Shown piece by piece: positions 16,941 to 26,320 of a DNA stretch of 64,000 nucleotides. Both the position numbers and the translations under genes were made by a program. Position 1 is the first letter of the stretch. Every line of letters begins with the position of its first letter. A model generated the notes under the pieces. It did not search any database and had not been told where the DNA came from. It worked only from the letters and a program-made list of their open reading frames with translations. The stretch is from an uncultured Prolixibacteraceae bacterium (GTDB lineage Bacteria > Bacteroidota > Bacteroidia > Bacteroidales > FEN-979): positions 22,443 to 86,442 of the forward strand of contig CAZXQU010000003.1 of NCBI GenBank assembly GCA_964642545.1, given 5' to 3'.

Positions 16941-17771
16941 ATGGCAAAGGAGATTAAAGGAAAGGTTGTACTGATAACCGGAGCTTCATCCGGGATTGGA
17001 GCAGCTGCGGCATTGGCGTTTGACGGAGCTGGCGCACGGGTAGCGATGGCCGCACGAAGGAGAGAGAAACTGGAACGCCTGGCAGCTTCCATGCGTGATC
17101 CGCTTGTTTTACAGGTGGATGTCAGTAAAGAGACAGAGGCCCGACGGATGGTTCAGGATACGATCAGTCACTTCGGGAGGATTGATGTATTGATCAACAA
17201 TGCTGCATTGATCATCGTTTCACCTGCAGAAACAGTGACTCTCGACGACCTTGAATCTGCATTTCGCACCAACCTTCTTGGCCCGGTTGCTGCAACACAG
17301 GAGGCTGTGATCCAGATGAAAAAGCAAGGAGGAGGGCAGATCATTAACGTGGGTTCTCCCGGTTTTATGATGGGAATCCCGTTTTACAGCCCCTATGTTT
17401 GCTCCAAAGCAGCATTGTGTGCCTGGACAAGAACCATCCAGGCCGAATGGGCCGGGAGTGGGATTGTTGTGAGTGAGTATTTCCCGGGTTACATCCTGAC
17501 CGACTCAAAGCCCGATTCCCGCATCGGAGAGGTTGAGCAGGATTTGCTGATGAGTCCGAAACAAAACTGGCTTACACGGAAGTTTGCCAAACCCAAACTG
17601 CCGGAGAATGTAGCGAATCAATTGGTGCGATTGGTAAGGAACCCCAAAACCCTGATCTACTCCGCAGGGTCTGTCAGATTGGGAGCATTCATCTCGAATT
17701 TTTCGGGTTTCCGACTCTCTCTGGCAACACAGATGGCGCAAACTGCCCGTGATAAAAAACCGGATATCTAA
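16941..17771 (+). CDS. short-chain dehydrogenase/reductase (SDR)
   Basis: Has the TGASSGIG Rossmann motif, NNAA, and YxxxK (YVCSK). Confidence 0.85.
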   Translation: MAKEIKGKVVLITGASSGIGAAAALAFDGAGARVAMAARRREKLERLAASMRDPLVLQVDVSKETEARRMVQDTISHFGRIDVLINNAALIIVSPAETVTLDDLESAFRTNLLGPVAATQEAVIQMKKQGGGQIINVGSPGFMMGIPFYSPYVCSKAALCAWTRTIQAEWAGSGIVVSEYFPGYILTDSKPDSRIGEVEQDLLMSPKQNWLTRKFAKPKLPENVANQLVRLVRNPKTLIYSAGSVRLGAFISNFSGFRLSLATQMAQTARDKKPDI

Positions 17772-17776
17772 TTTAT

Positions 17777-17784
17777 TACCTTTG
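17777..17784 (+). promoter_or_regulatory. Bacteroidota -7 promoter box (TACCTTTG)
   Basis: Matches TAnnTTTG, 17 nt upstream of the 17801 ATG. Confidence 0.35.
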
Positions 17785-17800
17785 TCCGAAATTTCCCGCC

Positions 17801-19675
17801 ATGAAAATACTTACTTCTTCGTTGATCGCTTTGTTTATCATAGCTTTAAGTTTGACAGTAAATGGCCAGGTAGATACTATCACGGACTCCATCAGTCCAC
17901 TAGATTCACTGAACAGAAAACTCAGTGAGTTCACGGATCAGATCAGGAAGAGCGAGCAGCAAAGGCTTGCTGACTCTATCCGGAGATTGGAACTTCAAAG
18001 CGAGCTTGAATTGGTTAAAGCGAGCGATTATATCCGACGCCGTGAACTCCAGGACCGGTTGCTCCAACTGGAACAGGAGGATTCCATCAGGATGGAGCAG
18101 AAAAAAAAACGAGTCGAAGAGATTCGCAACACAAATGCCGGAATGCCAGTCGTTCCTTTTGGCGATACCCTGTTTTTGATTTTTAACAAAATTGGTGCAT
18201 TTACTCCCTTTGAACGTGCCGAAAGCATCTCCCGAAAGATCCAACAATTATATAAAAACAGACCTTATTACCCCGATTCTCTCCAGATTTTTTCAACCGA
18301 TAACACGCAGGATCTTATCTACCAAAACAGGATAATCGTGAGTGTGAGCGATATCGATGCACTCATTTATGGGACAAACTCACCAGGATTGGCTCAGCAA
18401 TACCAGCTAGCAATCAATAAAGCAGTGTTAGACCATATAAAACATACAAGTCTCTCAAATATTCTTAAACAAATTGGATTGGTTCTGTTAACTATTGGGA
18501 TTGTATCTCTGCTGATCTTTTTAATAATCAGGCTATTTCGTTTTACTAAAAAATATATCAAGTCGCATCAGGGAAAATTTATCCGGAGTTTCAGATTCAG
18601 AAATTATGAATTTCTCTCCAAAAAGAAGGTATTGAAAGGTGTATTACTACTAAACAAGGTAGTGAAGATCTTCTTTATCATCCTTATCGTTTACCTGGCG
18701 TTGCCCTCCCTTTTCAGTATTTTTCCTGTGACGAAGTCCTGGGCCGGAACTCTATTAAGTTGGGTGGTTGATCCCATTATTTCTATATTCCTTGCTTTTG
18801 TAAGCTATCTCCCCGACCTGTTTACTGTCATTGTTATCGTTACAGTGGTGAGATACCTTGTGAAACTAATAAAATACCTTGCCAAAGAGGTTCAAGTGGG
18901 AAAATTGACCCTTCCCGGGTTTCATCCCGACTATGCGATGCCTACTTTCGGTATTGTCAGGTTTATACTCTATGCATTTATGTTTGTTGTCATCTTTCCT
19001 TACCTTCCGGGCTCTGGTTCCGATATATTCAGAGGTGTATCAGTATTTCTTGGTATCCTGCTCTCTCTTGGATCCACCTCAGCGATCAGCAATGTGGTGG
19101 CTGGGTTGGTTATAACCTACATGCGTCCGTTTAAGATTGGAGACCGTATAAAGCTAGGGGATGTGACCGGGGATGTGATTGAAAAAACGCCATTGGTTAT
19201 TCGTGTCAGGACCATTAAAAATGAAGAGATTACGATCCCGAACAGCCAGATACTCACTGGTCACACCATAAACTACACATCCTCAGGAAAGGAAATCGGT
19301 CTGATTCTCCATACAACAGTATCGATTGGGTATGATGTGCCTTGGCGCCAGGTTCATGAATTGTTGATATCTGCCGCGAAATCAACAAAAGGAGTTTCTA
19401 AAGACAATGCGCCGTTTGTATTGCAAACTAGCCTCGATGACTTCTATGTCTCCTATCAGATCAATGCCTTTACCAAGTCCCCTGAGAAATCTGCCGTGCT
19501 ATACTCCGACCTGCACAAGAATATCCAGGATAAATTCAATAAAGCCGGAGTGGAGATCATGTCGCCGCATTACAAGTCTATCAGGGATGGGAACCTGATG
19601 GCTGTTCCTCCCGATTCTCTTCCAAAAAACTATACCGCTCCATCTTTCAGAGTCAATGATAACCCGGAGAACTAG
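17801..19675 (+). CDS. MscS-family mechanosensitive channel with long N-terminal coiled-coil/periplasmic region
   Basis: The TM cluster is followed by the MscS beta-domain block AISNVVAGLVITYMRPFKIGDRIKLGDVTGDVIEKTPLVIRVRT. Confidence 0.85.
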   Translation: MKILTSSLIALFIIALSLTVNGQVDTITDSISPLDSLNRKLSEFTDQIRKSEQQRLADSIRRLELQSELELVKASDYIRRRELQDRLLQLEQEDSIRMEQKKKRVEEIRNTNAGMPVVPFGDTLFLIFNKIGAFTPFERAESISRKIQQLYKNRPYYPDSLQIFSTDNTQDLIYQNRIIVSVSDIDALIYGTNSPGLAQQYQLAINKAVLDHIKHTSLSNILKQIGLVLLTIGIVSLLIFLIIRLFRFTKKYIKSHQGKFIRSFRFRNYEFLSKKKVLKGVLLLNKVVKIFFIILIVYLALPSLFSIFPVTKSWAGTLLSWVVDPIISIFLAFVSYLPDLFTVIVIVTVVRYLVKLIKYLAKEVQVGKLTLPGFHPDYAMPTFGIVRFILYAFMFVVIFPYLPGSGSDIFRGVSVFLGILLSLGSTSAISNVVAGLVITYMRPFKIGDRIKLGDVTGDVIEKTPLVIRVRTIKNEEITIPNSQILTGHTINYTSSGKEIGLILHTTVSIGYDVPWRQVHELLISAAKSTKGVSKDNAPFVLQTSLDDFYVSYQINAFTKSPEKSAVLYSDLHKNIQDKFNKAGVEIMSPHYKSIRDGNLMAVPPDSLPKNYTAPSFRVNDNPEN

Positions 19676-19715
19676 ATGCTATATATTTTATAACCCTTAA
19701 CCAACACCGATTCTT

Positions 19716-20219
19716 ATGCGAAAATCAATCCCCTTGAAAGAGCGCCCGATCGATTACATCTACCTGGCTTTCTTTTTTGTAAACCTGTTCTTTATCACCT
19801 ATATAGTAGACCTGGAACAGATTGTGATCAAGGATCCCTCCAACTTTGACTACCCTTTCTGGCCATTGCCTTTTTTTATCGATATGGTTCACTGGTGGGG
19901 GACTACATTTGATCCGCTTCAGTGGTTCCGCCCGGTTTGGTGGCAGGCTACCATATGGCTGGATGTATTGATTTTCGGACCCTTTTATGCCTTTGCTATC
20001 TATGCTTTTATCAAAGGAAAGGATTGGATCCGCATCCCGACAATTATCGCCATGTCCATCCTCTTCACCAACGTTACGATCATCTGCAGCGAAGAGATCT
20101 GGGGCCCGACACCGGCATTAAACATGCCTCTGGTACTTCTGGCAAATGCCCCATGGTTCCTTTTTCCGATCTTCCTGATTTGGAAAATGTGGGAAAAACC
20201 TAATCCCTTAACTAAATAG
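19716..20219 (+). CDS. EXPERA-domain membrane protein (TMEM97/sigma-2-receptor / EBP-like)
   Basis: 167 aa with 4 TM helices. FGPFYAFAIYAFIKGKDWIRIPTIIAMSILFTNVTII aligns by eye with human TMEM97 [37 protein letters not shown]. The N-terminal and C-terminal helices are also colinear. Confidence 0.6.
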   Translation: MRKSIPLKERPIDYIYLAFFFVNLFFITYIVDLEQIVIKDPSNFDYPFWPLPFFIDMVHWWGTTFDPLQWFRPVWWQATIWLDVLIFGPFYAFAIYAFIKGKDWIRIPTIIAMSILFTNVTIICSEEIWGPTPALNMPLVLLANAPWFLFPIFLIWKMWEKPNPLTK

Positions 20220-20227
20220 ATTTCACC

Positions 20228-21301
20228 ATGCTGCCACTTTTTTCTTCGTTTAATTTGAAAGGGATCCCTGTAAAGAACAGGGTCATCATGCCGCCGATGG
20301 TTTGTCCGGGTTACGCCGGTGCCGATGGCTATGTAACAAGGAGAAACCTCGACCATTATCGGGAGCGGGCTGAAGGAGGTGCCGGCATCATTGTGACTGA
20401 AGCCACGGCTGTAACCAAGATCGGGAGGCTCTCATCATACCAGTTGGGCATATGGTCGGATGATCACATCGCAGGCTTAAGCCAGATCCCTTTACTTGTG
20501 AAAAGTTTCGGTGCAGTTTCGTTGATCCAGATCCATCATGCCGGTCTCGTGGCCCCGGAAGCCGTCACAGATGAACCGATGGGACCATCTGCAAATCCGA
20601 AAGATCCCAGGTCACGAAGCCTGACGGTAGAAGAGATCCGGGAAATCAAAGGGGATTTCATTGCCGGTGCCATTCGTGCCCGGAAGGCTGGTTTTGATGG
20701 TGTACAGATCCATGGCGCACATGGCTACCTGATCAGCCAGTTCGCTTCCACCTATTACAACCAGCGTGAGGATGAGTATGGCGGTACCCTTGAAGGAAGA
20801 ATGAGATTGGCAGTTGAAGTGATCAAAGGCATCAGGGAGGCATGTGGAGACTCCTTCCTGATTTCCTACCGGATGGGGGTCAATTCTCCAACATTGGAAG
20901 ATGGGATTGAAATTGCTCGTTACCTGGAGACAAAACCCATTGATATGCTTGATGTTTCACACGGGGGCTCTTTGGTTTCACTACCACGACCGCCGCAAGG
21001 GTTTGATTACAACTGGATCTGTTATTCGGGAACTGAGGTTAAAAAGGTTGTAAAGATTCCTTTAGGTGTTGTCAATGAGATTCGAACTCCTAAACGAGCT
21101 AATTACCTGATCGAAAATGAACTCGCTGACTTCGTAAGCCTTGGCCGGCCACTGCTGGCCGATCCGCACTGGGTTTCAAAAGCACAACATCACGAGGAGA
21201 TGATTGTATCCTGCCTGAGTTGCAAGCCCCGCTGCAAATGGTATATTGATAGCGCTGATTGCCCTGCACTTCACATCCGGATGAAAGAGAGACTTATTTA
21301 A
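20228..21301 (+). CDS. Old Yellow Enzyme-family NADH:flavin oxidoreductase
   Basis: Contains MPPM, GFDGVQIHGAHGYLISQF and other OYE TIM-barrel blocks. It starts 8 nt after the EXPERA gene. Confidence 0.85.
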   Translation: MLPLFSSFNLKGIPVKNRVIMPPMVCPGYAGADGYVTRRNLDHYRERAEGGAGIIVTEATAVTKIGRLSSYQLGIWSDDHIAGLSQIPLLVKSFGAVSLIQIHHAGLVAPEAVTDEPMGPSANPKDPRSRSLTVEEIREIKGDFIAGAIRARKAGFDGVQIHGAHGYLISQFASTYYNQREDEYGGTLEGRMRLAVEVIKGIREACGDSFLISYRMGVNSPTLEDGIEIARYLETKPIDMLDVSHGGSLVSLPRPPQGFDYNWICYSGTEVKKVVKIPLGVVNEIRTPKRANYLIENELADFVSLGRPLLADPHWVSKAQHHEEMIVSCLSCKPRCKWYIDSADCPALHIRMKERLI

Positions 21302-22517
21302 CCGAATCCAGTTTTACTATTAAACTCTCGACAAGAGTATTGTAGGTTTTCAGATTCGCTGTATCAACAGGCTCAGCCGGCGGAGACTCCATCTTCAGTG
21401 GGTCCATGGGAGAGTTATTCTTGTAAACTCGGAAGTCGAGATGCGGGCCCGTTGAAAGACCGCTGCTGCCCACATAACCAATTACATCACCCTGTTTCAC
21501 GTATTTCCCGGCCTTGATCCCTTTCGCATAACCCGAAAGATGTCCGTATCCCGTAGAGTAAACACTGTTGTGCCGAATCTTAATGAATCGTCCGAATCCT
21601 CCATTCCACCTTGCTTCAAGTACTTTCCCATCACCCAATGCTACTACAGGAGTCCCACGTGGAGCTGCATAGTCAACACCATGATGGGGACGGAAAATCT
21701 TCAGAACCGGGTGTTTCCGTGCATTAGTATACCTGGAACTGATCCGTGAGAAGTGCAAAGGTGCTTTCAAAAAGGTTCGTTGGAGGCTCTCACCCAACTC
21801 ATCAAAATAGGCCCCTATACTATCCTGCTCAAAATAGAAAGCATAGAAGTCGTGTCCCGATGATCGAAACCGGGATGCCAGGATGTTTCCTGTCCCAACA
21901 GGAATCGTGTCGATAGTAAGCTCTTCATAGATAACATTGAATTCATCTCCCTTCTGAAGTCCATAGAAGTCAATCGTCCAGGCATATATATCCGACATCT
22001 TCAGGGCAAGATTGATGTCCAGTCCATTATCCACAAATGCATTCCACAACGATGATGTAATCGTTCCGGAAGCGGTTTTAATGGTTTTAGTCACCACTTT
22101 TTCATCCCTGTACACACGCAGCGAGTCCCTGAAATCATATACTACAAAGTTTGTTGTAGTAATTTCATAAATGAAGAAAAGCGTTTTTTTCAGGCTGTCC
22201 CTTGCCGTAATTATGGCATACCTGTTACCCGGACGAATCTTCCTGACATCAAAAATCTGGCGGGTGGTCCGTGAAATCAAGTCGATGGTTTGCATGGAAA
22301 CCAGCGGGGCAAGAATTTCGGAGAGATTCTGGTTCTTCCTGACATCGCCGTAGACGATGTCGAGTGTATCGATATTGAGGTGATAGACACTATTCGGTAA
22401 GCTTACTGCAATCTCTTCTTCAGGATCAACAGAAGTGGTTGTGGTAATGATGACACCAACAATTATCAGAAGTAAAAAAATGATTGGGAAAACAAGTCTG
22501 AGCCAGGATCTCTTCAT
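21294..22517 (-). CDS. M23-family peptidoglycan endopeptidase
   Basis: Contains the HHGVDYAAP and GSSGLSTGPHLDF metal-site motifs and an N-terminal TM anchor. Confidence 0.85.
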   Translation of the reverse strand: MKRSWLRLVFPIIFLLLIIVGVIITTTTSVDPEEEIAVSLPNSVYHLNIDTLDIVYGDVRKNQNLSEILAPLVSMQTIDLISRTTRQIFDVRKIRPGNRYAIITARDSLKKTLFFIYEITTTNFVVYDFRDSLRVYRDEKVVTKTIKTASGTITSSLWNAFVDNGLDINLALKMSDIYAWTIDFYGLQKGDEFNVIYEELTIDTIPVGTGNILASRFRSSGHDFYAFYFEQDSIGAYFDELGESLQRTFLKAPLHFSRISSRYTNARKHPVLKIFRPHHGVDYAAPRGTPVVALGDGKVLEARWNGGFGRFIKIRHNSVYSTGYGHLSGYAKGIKAGKYVKQGDVIGYVGSSGLSTGPHLDFRVYKNNSPMDPLKMESPPAEPVDTANLKTYNTLVESLIVKLDSVK

Positions 22518-22584
22518 CCGGCAAAATTAGGGTATTCTCCCCATTTATTCATACTTTTACCTCTCTATTTAGCCTTTACGAACG

Positions 22585-25002
22585 ATGCGAATTGCTCTTG
22601 TTGTGCTTTTTAACCTGATCTCGTCCTGCATGTTTCCCGGGCCGGCTGACAATTATAAATTTGAGCAGCTTCCTGATGGCGTCATTCTCTTTTATGATGG
22701 GTTTACCCTGAAAATTCAGATTTGCTCTCCACGGATTATTCATCTCGTTTGCGCACCCGACGACAGGCTTCCGGAGAGCAAAAGCCTCGTTGTCACGAAA
22801 GTATGGGAACCCTCCGACTGGAGTTTTGATAAAAAGGGGCAAACCATCCGCTTAAAAACATCTGAGATATCTGTTGAGATCAATACTGCTACCATTCTTT
22901 GCAAGTTTTTCAATTCGAAGGGGGATCTTATCCTGGAAGAGAAGGAACGGTCGTTCAGCCCAACTGTTGCAGGAGGATCTGCTGAGTGGAATGCGTTTGA
23001 AATGTTTAAGCTTTCATCCGAAGAGGCCATCTATGGGCTTGGACAATACCAGGATGGCTGGATGAATCATAGAGATAAAGAGGTTACCCTGATACAGACA
23101 AATACGACGGCAGTTGTCCCGTTCCTGGTCTCCACAAAAGGGTGGGGGATTCTTTGGGACAATTATTCAAAGACCTATTTTCGTGACGATCGGAATGGGG
23201 CTACTTTTTGGTCGGAATATGGAAATGTAGTGGATTTTTACGTGGTATTCGGAAGGGATATGGATGAGGTGATTGCCGGTTACCGGGAAGCAACCGGAAG
23301 CGCTCCACTGTTTGGGAAATGGGCGTATGGATTCTGGCAAAGTAAGGAACGCTATGAAAGTGCCAAAGAGATCTCCGACGCTGTGGCCGAGTACCGGATG
23401 CGTCGTCTGCCACTGGATGTCATTGTGCAGGATTGGCGGTACTGGGGAGAGAACAACATGTGGAGCTCCATGGAATTCGATCCCAGAGTCTATCCGGAAC
23501 CCGCAAAAAGCATTGAAAAGATTCATGACCTGTTTCACGCTCACTTTGTCATCTCTGTCTGGCCAGCCCTGGGCCGTGATACAAAGGTTTTTAAAGAATT
23601 GTTTGAACAGAAACACACGTTCGCACCGATCCACTGGAGTGGGGGACATCTTTTCGATCCGTATAGCCAAGAGGCCAGGGATACCTACTGGAAGTATCTG
23701 GATGCCGGATTGATGACAAAAGGAGTGGACGGACTGTGGCTTGACGGGTCAGAGCCTGAGCTGGCTGATCAGCATACCTTTGAGGAGTCGGAGGCCAACA
23801 TCCGAAAGCTGGGGACCACAGCCATCGGACCTGTTTCCCGCTTCCTGAATCCCTATTCCTTGCAGGCAACCCAGGGGATATTTGACAATTGGCGTGTTGC
23901 GTATCCCGATAAACGCGTATTGATTCTTACCCGGTCGGCCTTTGCCGGCCAGCAACGGAATGCAGCCATCACATGGTCGGGCGACATCAACGCAAGCTAT
24001 GATGTGCTGAGGCGTCAGATCTCCGCCGGACTCAATTTCTCCGTCTCAGGAATCCCTTATTGGACCTCGGATATCGGAGGTTTCTTTATCACCGGACACG
24101 ATAAGGGCTACGGGCCCGGACGCTATCCGAATGGTTGCCACGACCCGGCATACAAAGAGCTATATGTCAGATGGTTCCAGTTTGGAACCTTTTGCCCGAT
24201 TTTCCGCTCTCATGGCACTCAAACCCCAAGAGAAATCTGGCACTTCGGAGATATCGGGGATTGGGGCTATGACGCCATGACCAGGTTTCTGAACCTCCGG
24301 TACCGGTTAATGCCTTATATTTATTCCGAAGCCTGGAAGGTGACATCTCAAGGGAGCACGATGATGCGCCCCTTGGCCATGGACTTTCCCGATGATAAAA
24401 AGGTCTATAACATTGACAATGAGTACCTGTTCGGGCCGTCCATACTTGTCTGTCCGGTTACCGAAGAGCAGTATTTCCCGTTGGATACCATCCTGAACAA
24501 ACCCCGTTCGCTCGATGTGCCGGTATCGGTGGAGCTCTATCTTCCAAAAGGGAGAGACTGGTTCGATTTCTGGACAGGCGAAACATTAGAGGGAGGAGAG
24601 ACCATCACCAGAGAAACACCCATTGATATCCTCCCGCTCTATATCCCTGCCGGTTCTATCATACCAATGGGACCATACCTTCAATATGCGGAAGAAAAGC
24701 CGGCTGATCCCATTGAGTTACGAATTTATCCGGGTGCCAACGGCTCCTTCACTCTTTATGAAGATGAAGGGGATGGATACAATTATGAAAGAGGAAAATT
24801 CGCCACGATTGATTTCAACTGGAACCATGAAACCGGAACCCTGACGATCGGAAAACGCAAGGGGACTTTCCCGGGAATGCTGCAAACCCGGACTTTCAGG
24901 ATTGTGATAGTATCGTCCGTACACGGTACCGGAGTAGAGATTACCTCAAATGCCGATAAGGTGATTCAGTATTCGGGGGAAGAACTGGTAATTAATCTGT
25001 AA
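22585..25002 (+). CDS. GH31 alpha-glycosidase (alpha-xylosidase/alpha-glucosidase type), lipoprotein signal
   Basis: Contains the GH31 core blocks GVDGLWLDGSEPE and ITWSGDINASYDVLRRQI...GIPYWTSDIGGF. The signal is LISSC. Confidence 0.85.
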   Translation: MRIALVVLFNLISSCMFPGPADNYKFEQLPDGVILFYDGFTLKIQICSPRIIHLVCAPDDRLPESKSLVVTKVWEPSDWSFDKKGQTIRLKTSEISVEINTATILCKFFNSKGDLILEEKERSFSPTVAGGSAEWNAFEMFKLSSEEAIYGLGQYQDGWMNHRDKEVTLIQTNTTAVVPFLVSTKGWGILWDNYSKTYFRDDRNGATFWSEYGNVVDFYVVFGRDMDEVIAGYREATGSAPLFGKWAYGFWQSKERYESAKEISDAVAEYRMRRLPLDVIVQDWRYWGENNMWSSMEFDPRVYPEPAKSIEKIHDLFHAHFVISVWPALGRDTKVFKELFEQKHTFAPIHWSGGHLFDPYSQEARDTYWKYLDAGLMTKGVDGLWLDGSEPELADQHTFEESEANIRKLGTTAIGPVSRFLNPYSLQATQGIFDNWRVAYPDKRVLILTRSAFAGQQRNAAITWSGDINASYDVLRRQISAGLNFSVSGIPYWTSDIGGFFITGHDKGYGPGRYPNGCHDPAYKELYVRWFQFGTFCPIFRSHGTQTPREIWHFGDIGDWGYDAMTRFLNLRYRLMPYIYSEAWKVTSQGSTMMRPLAMDFPDDKKVYNIDNEYLFGPSILVCPVTEEQYFPLDTILNKPRSLDVPVSVELYLPKGRDWFDFWTGETLEGGETITRETPIDILPLYIPAGSIIPMGPYLQYAEEKPADPIELRIYPGANGSFTLYEDEGDGYNYERGKFATIDFNWNHETGTLTIGKRKGTFPGMLQTRTFRIVIVSSVHGTGVEITSNADKVIQYSGEELVINL

Positions 25003-26152
25003 ATTGTAGATTGATCTTCACGATCTCTGGCCTGTTCCCGAGTCTTAAGGGTGGTCCCCAGGTGCCATAACCGGAAGAGACGTAAAAGTGTGTGTTCCCG
25101 ATCTTCTTGTATCCCCAGCTGATCTCGTAGATGGCATCCGTGATGTAATTGAATGGCCAGAGTTGGCCGTGGTGGGTATGTCCAGAAAGCTGGAGGTCAA
25201 TACCCATTTGTGAATGCTTTTCTAGGTTGAAGGGCTGATGATCCATCAGGATGACAGGAAACGAAGTGTCGACAGTTAATATTATCTCTTCCAGCTCTTT
25301 TCTGGGTTTCCCCGTGAACCTGGGCTTGTCGCGGTCATCCCTACCAATCAGGTAAAACTGGTTGTTAATCCTGATGGATGTATCACGTAGCATCCTGATT
25401 CCGTGTTTCTCAAGGTATTCCACAGCCGGACTAACTCCACCAATGTATTCGTGATTTCCTGTGATTGCATATACACCCAGTCGCGATTTGATCCTCGATA
25501 AAGCTTCCCCCAGGTTGTTGTTGATTACCGGGGACAGATCCTCATCCACAATATCACCTGCAAACAGGACAAGATCGGGCTTCATGGCATTGATCTTTTC
25601 AACAAGCCGGTTGGCTTTTCGGCTGGCAATGATGGTGCCCAGGTGGATGTCTGAAGCCATTACAACAGTTAGTTCACCCGGCGTTGCGTTGGGTTTGGAG
25701 ATCTTGAGGTTCAACTCTTTGATCCGTGGGTTTCGGGCATTGATGAAGCTCACTGAAACCAGAAAGAGAGTCAAACCTAGCACAGTAAAGAGTGTTACCA
25801 GTTTTGTATAAGCAAGGTCGGCATAGAAGGAGGGAGGAAGAAAATGAAGGAAGGAGTTGAAGAGGCGGATCAGGTCAATCAACACAACCGCCAGAAAAAA
25901 GAAGAGCATAAATCCCAGCCAGAATGAACCAATCCAGGTGATGACTCCGGTAAAGAGGCAAGGATAGGTTCTCTCAAGGATCCGGGCAAGGATGAAGGTT
26001 GATGCCAAACCCCAGAAGATCAATGAAAACCATAGGCGCCAGGGAGAACCAGAAGGGGTTGCCTGTAAACCTCGGATGTAGATGTAGAAGTTTACAACTC
26101 CGTAAAAGACCAGAACAATGGAGAAAAAGATTAGAAACTGAGTGGTTTTCAT
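24992..26152 (-). CDS. membrane-anchored metallophosphoesterase
   Basis: N-terminal TM helices are followed by the SDIHLG, GDIVDE, GNHE and GHTHHGQ calcineurin-like motifs. Confidence 0.8.
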   Translation of the reverse strand: MKTTQFLIFFSIVLVFYGVVNFYIYIRGLQATPSGSPWRLWFSLIFWGLASTFILARILERTYPCLFTGVITWIGSFWLGFMLFFFLAVVLIDLIRLFNSFLHFLPPSFYADLAYTKLVTLFTVLGLTLFLVSVSFINARNPRIKELNLKISKPNATPGELTVVMASDIHLGTIIASRKANRLVEKINAMKPDLVLFAGDIVDEDLSPVINNNLGEALSRIKSRLGVYAITGNHEYIGGVSPAVEYLEKHGIRMLRDTSIRINNQFYLIGRDDRDKPRFTGKPRKELEEIILTVDTSFPVILMDHQPFNLEKHSQMGIDLQLSGHTHHGQLWPFNYITDAIYEISWGYKKIGNTHFYVSSGYGTWGPPLRLGNRPEIVKINLQFTD

Positions 26153-26284
26153 TCGGATTGCGTTTGGAGAGTGAAAAGCAAATATAAAATTGTTTGATGA
26201 ATATGCTTTATAACGATTTGTATTTAGAGTATGACATCCGGATTCCGCCTTTGGAATTAGTGTCCTTTGATTTGCTTCTTTTTA

Positions 26285-26292
26285 TATCTTTG
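26285..26292 (+). promoter_or_regulatory. Bacteroidota -7 promoter box (TATCTTTG)
   Basis: Matches TAnnTTTG, 29 nt upstream of the 26321 ATG. Confidence 0.4.
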
Positions 26293-26320
26293 CAATAGCA
26301 CCCCAATCAATCAATAATTT

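Noticed and set aside
23167-23670. Long antisense or alternative-frame ORFs inside large genes, such as 23167..23670(-), 13748..14227(+), 34271..34870(+), 40016..40627(+), 49212..49571(-), 2407..2820(-)
   Set aside because: Each lies entirely within a motif-supported gene on the other strand or frame and shows low-complexity, Arg/Ser/Pro-biased translation. These are shadow ORFs.
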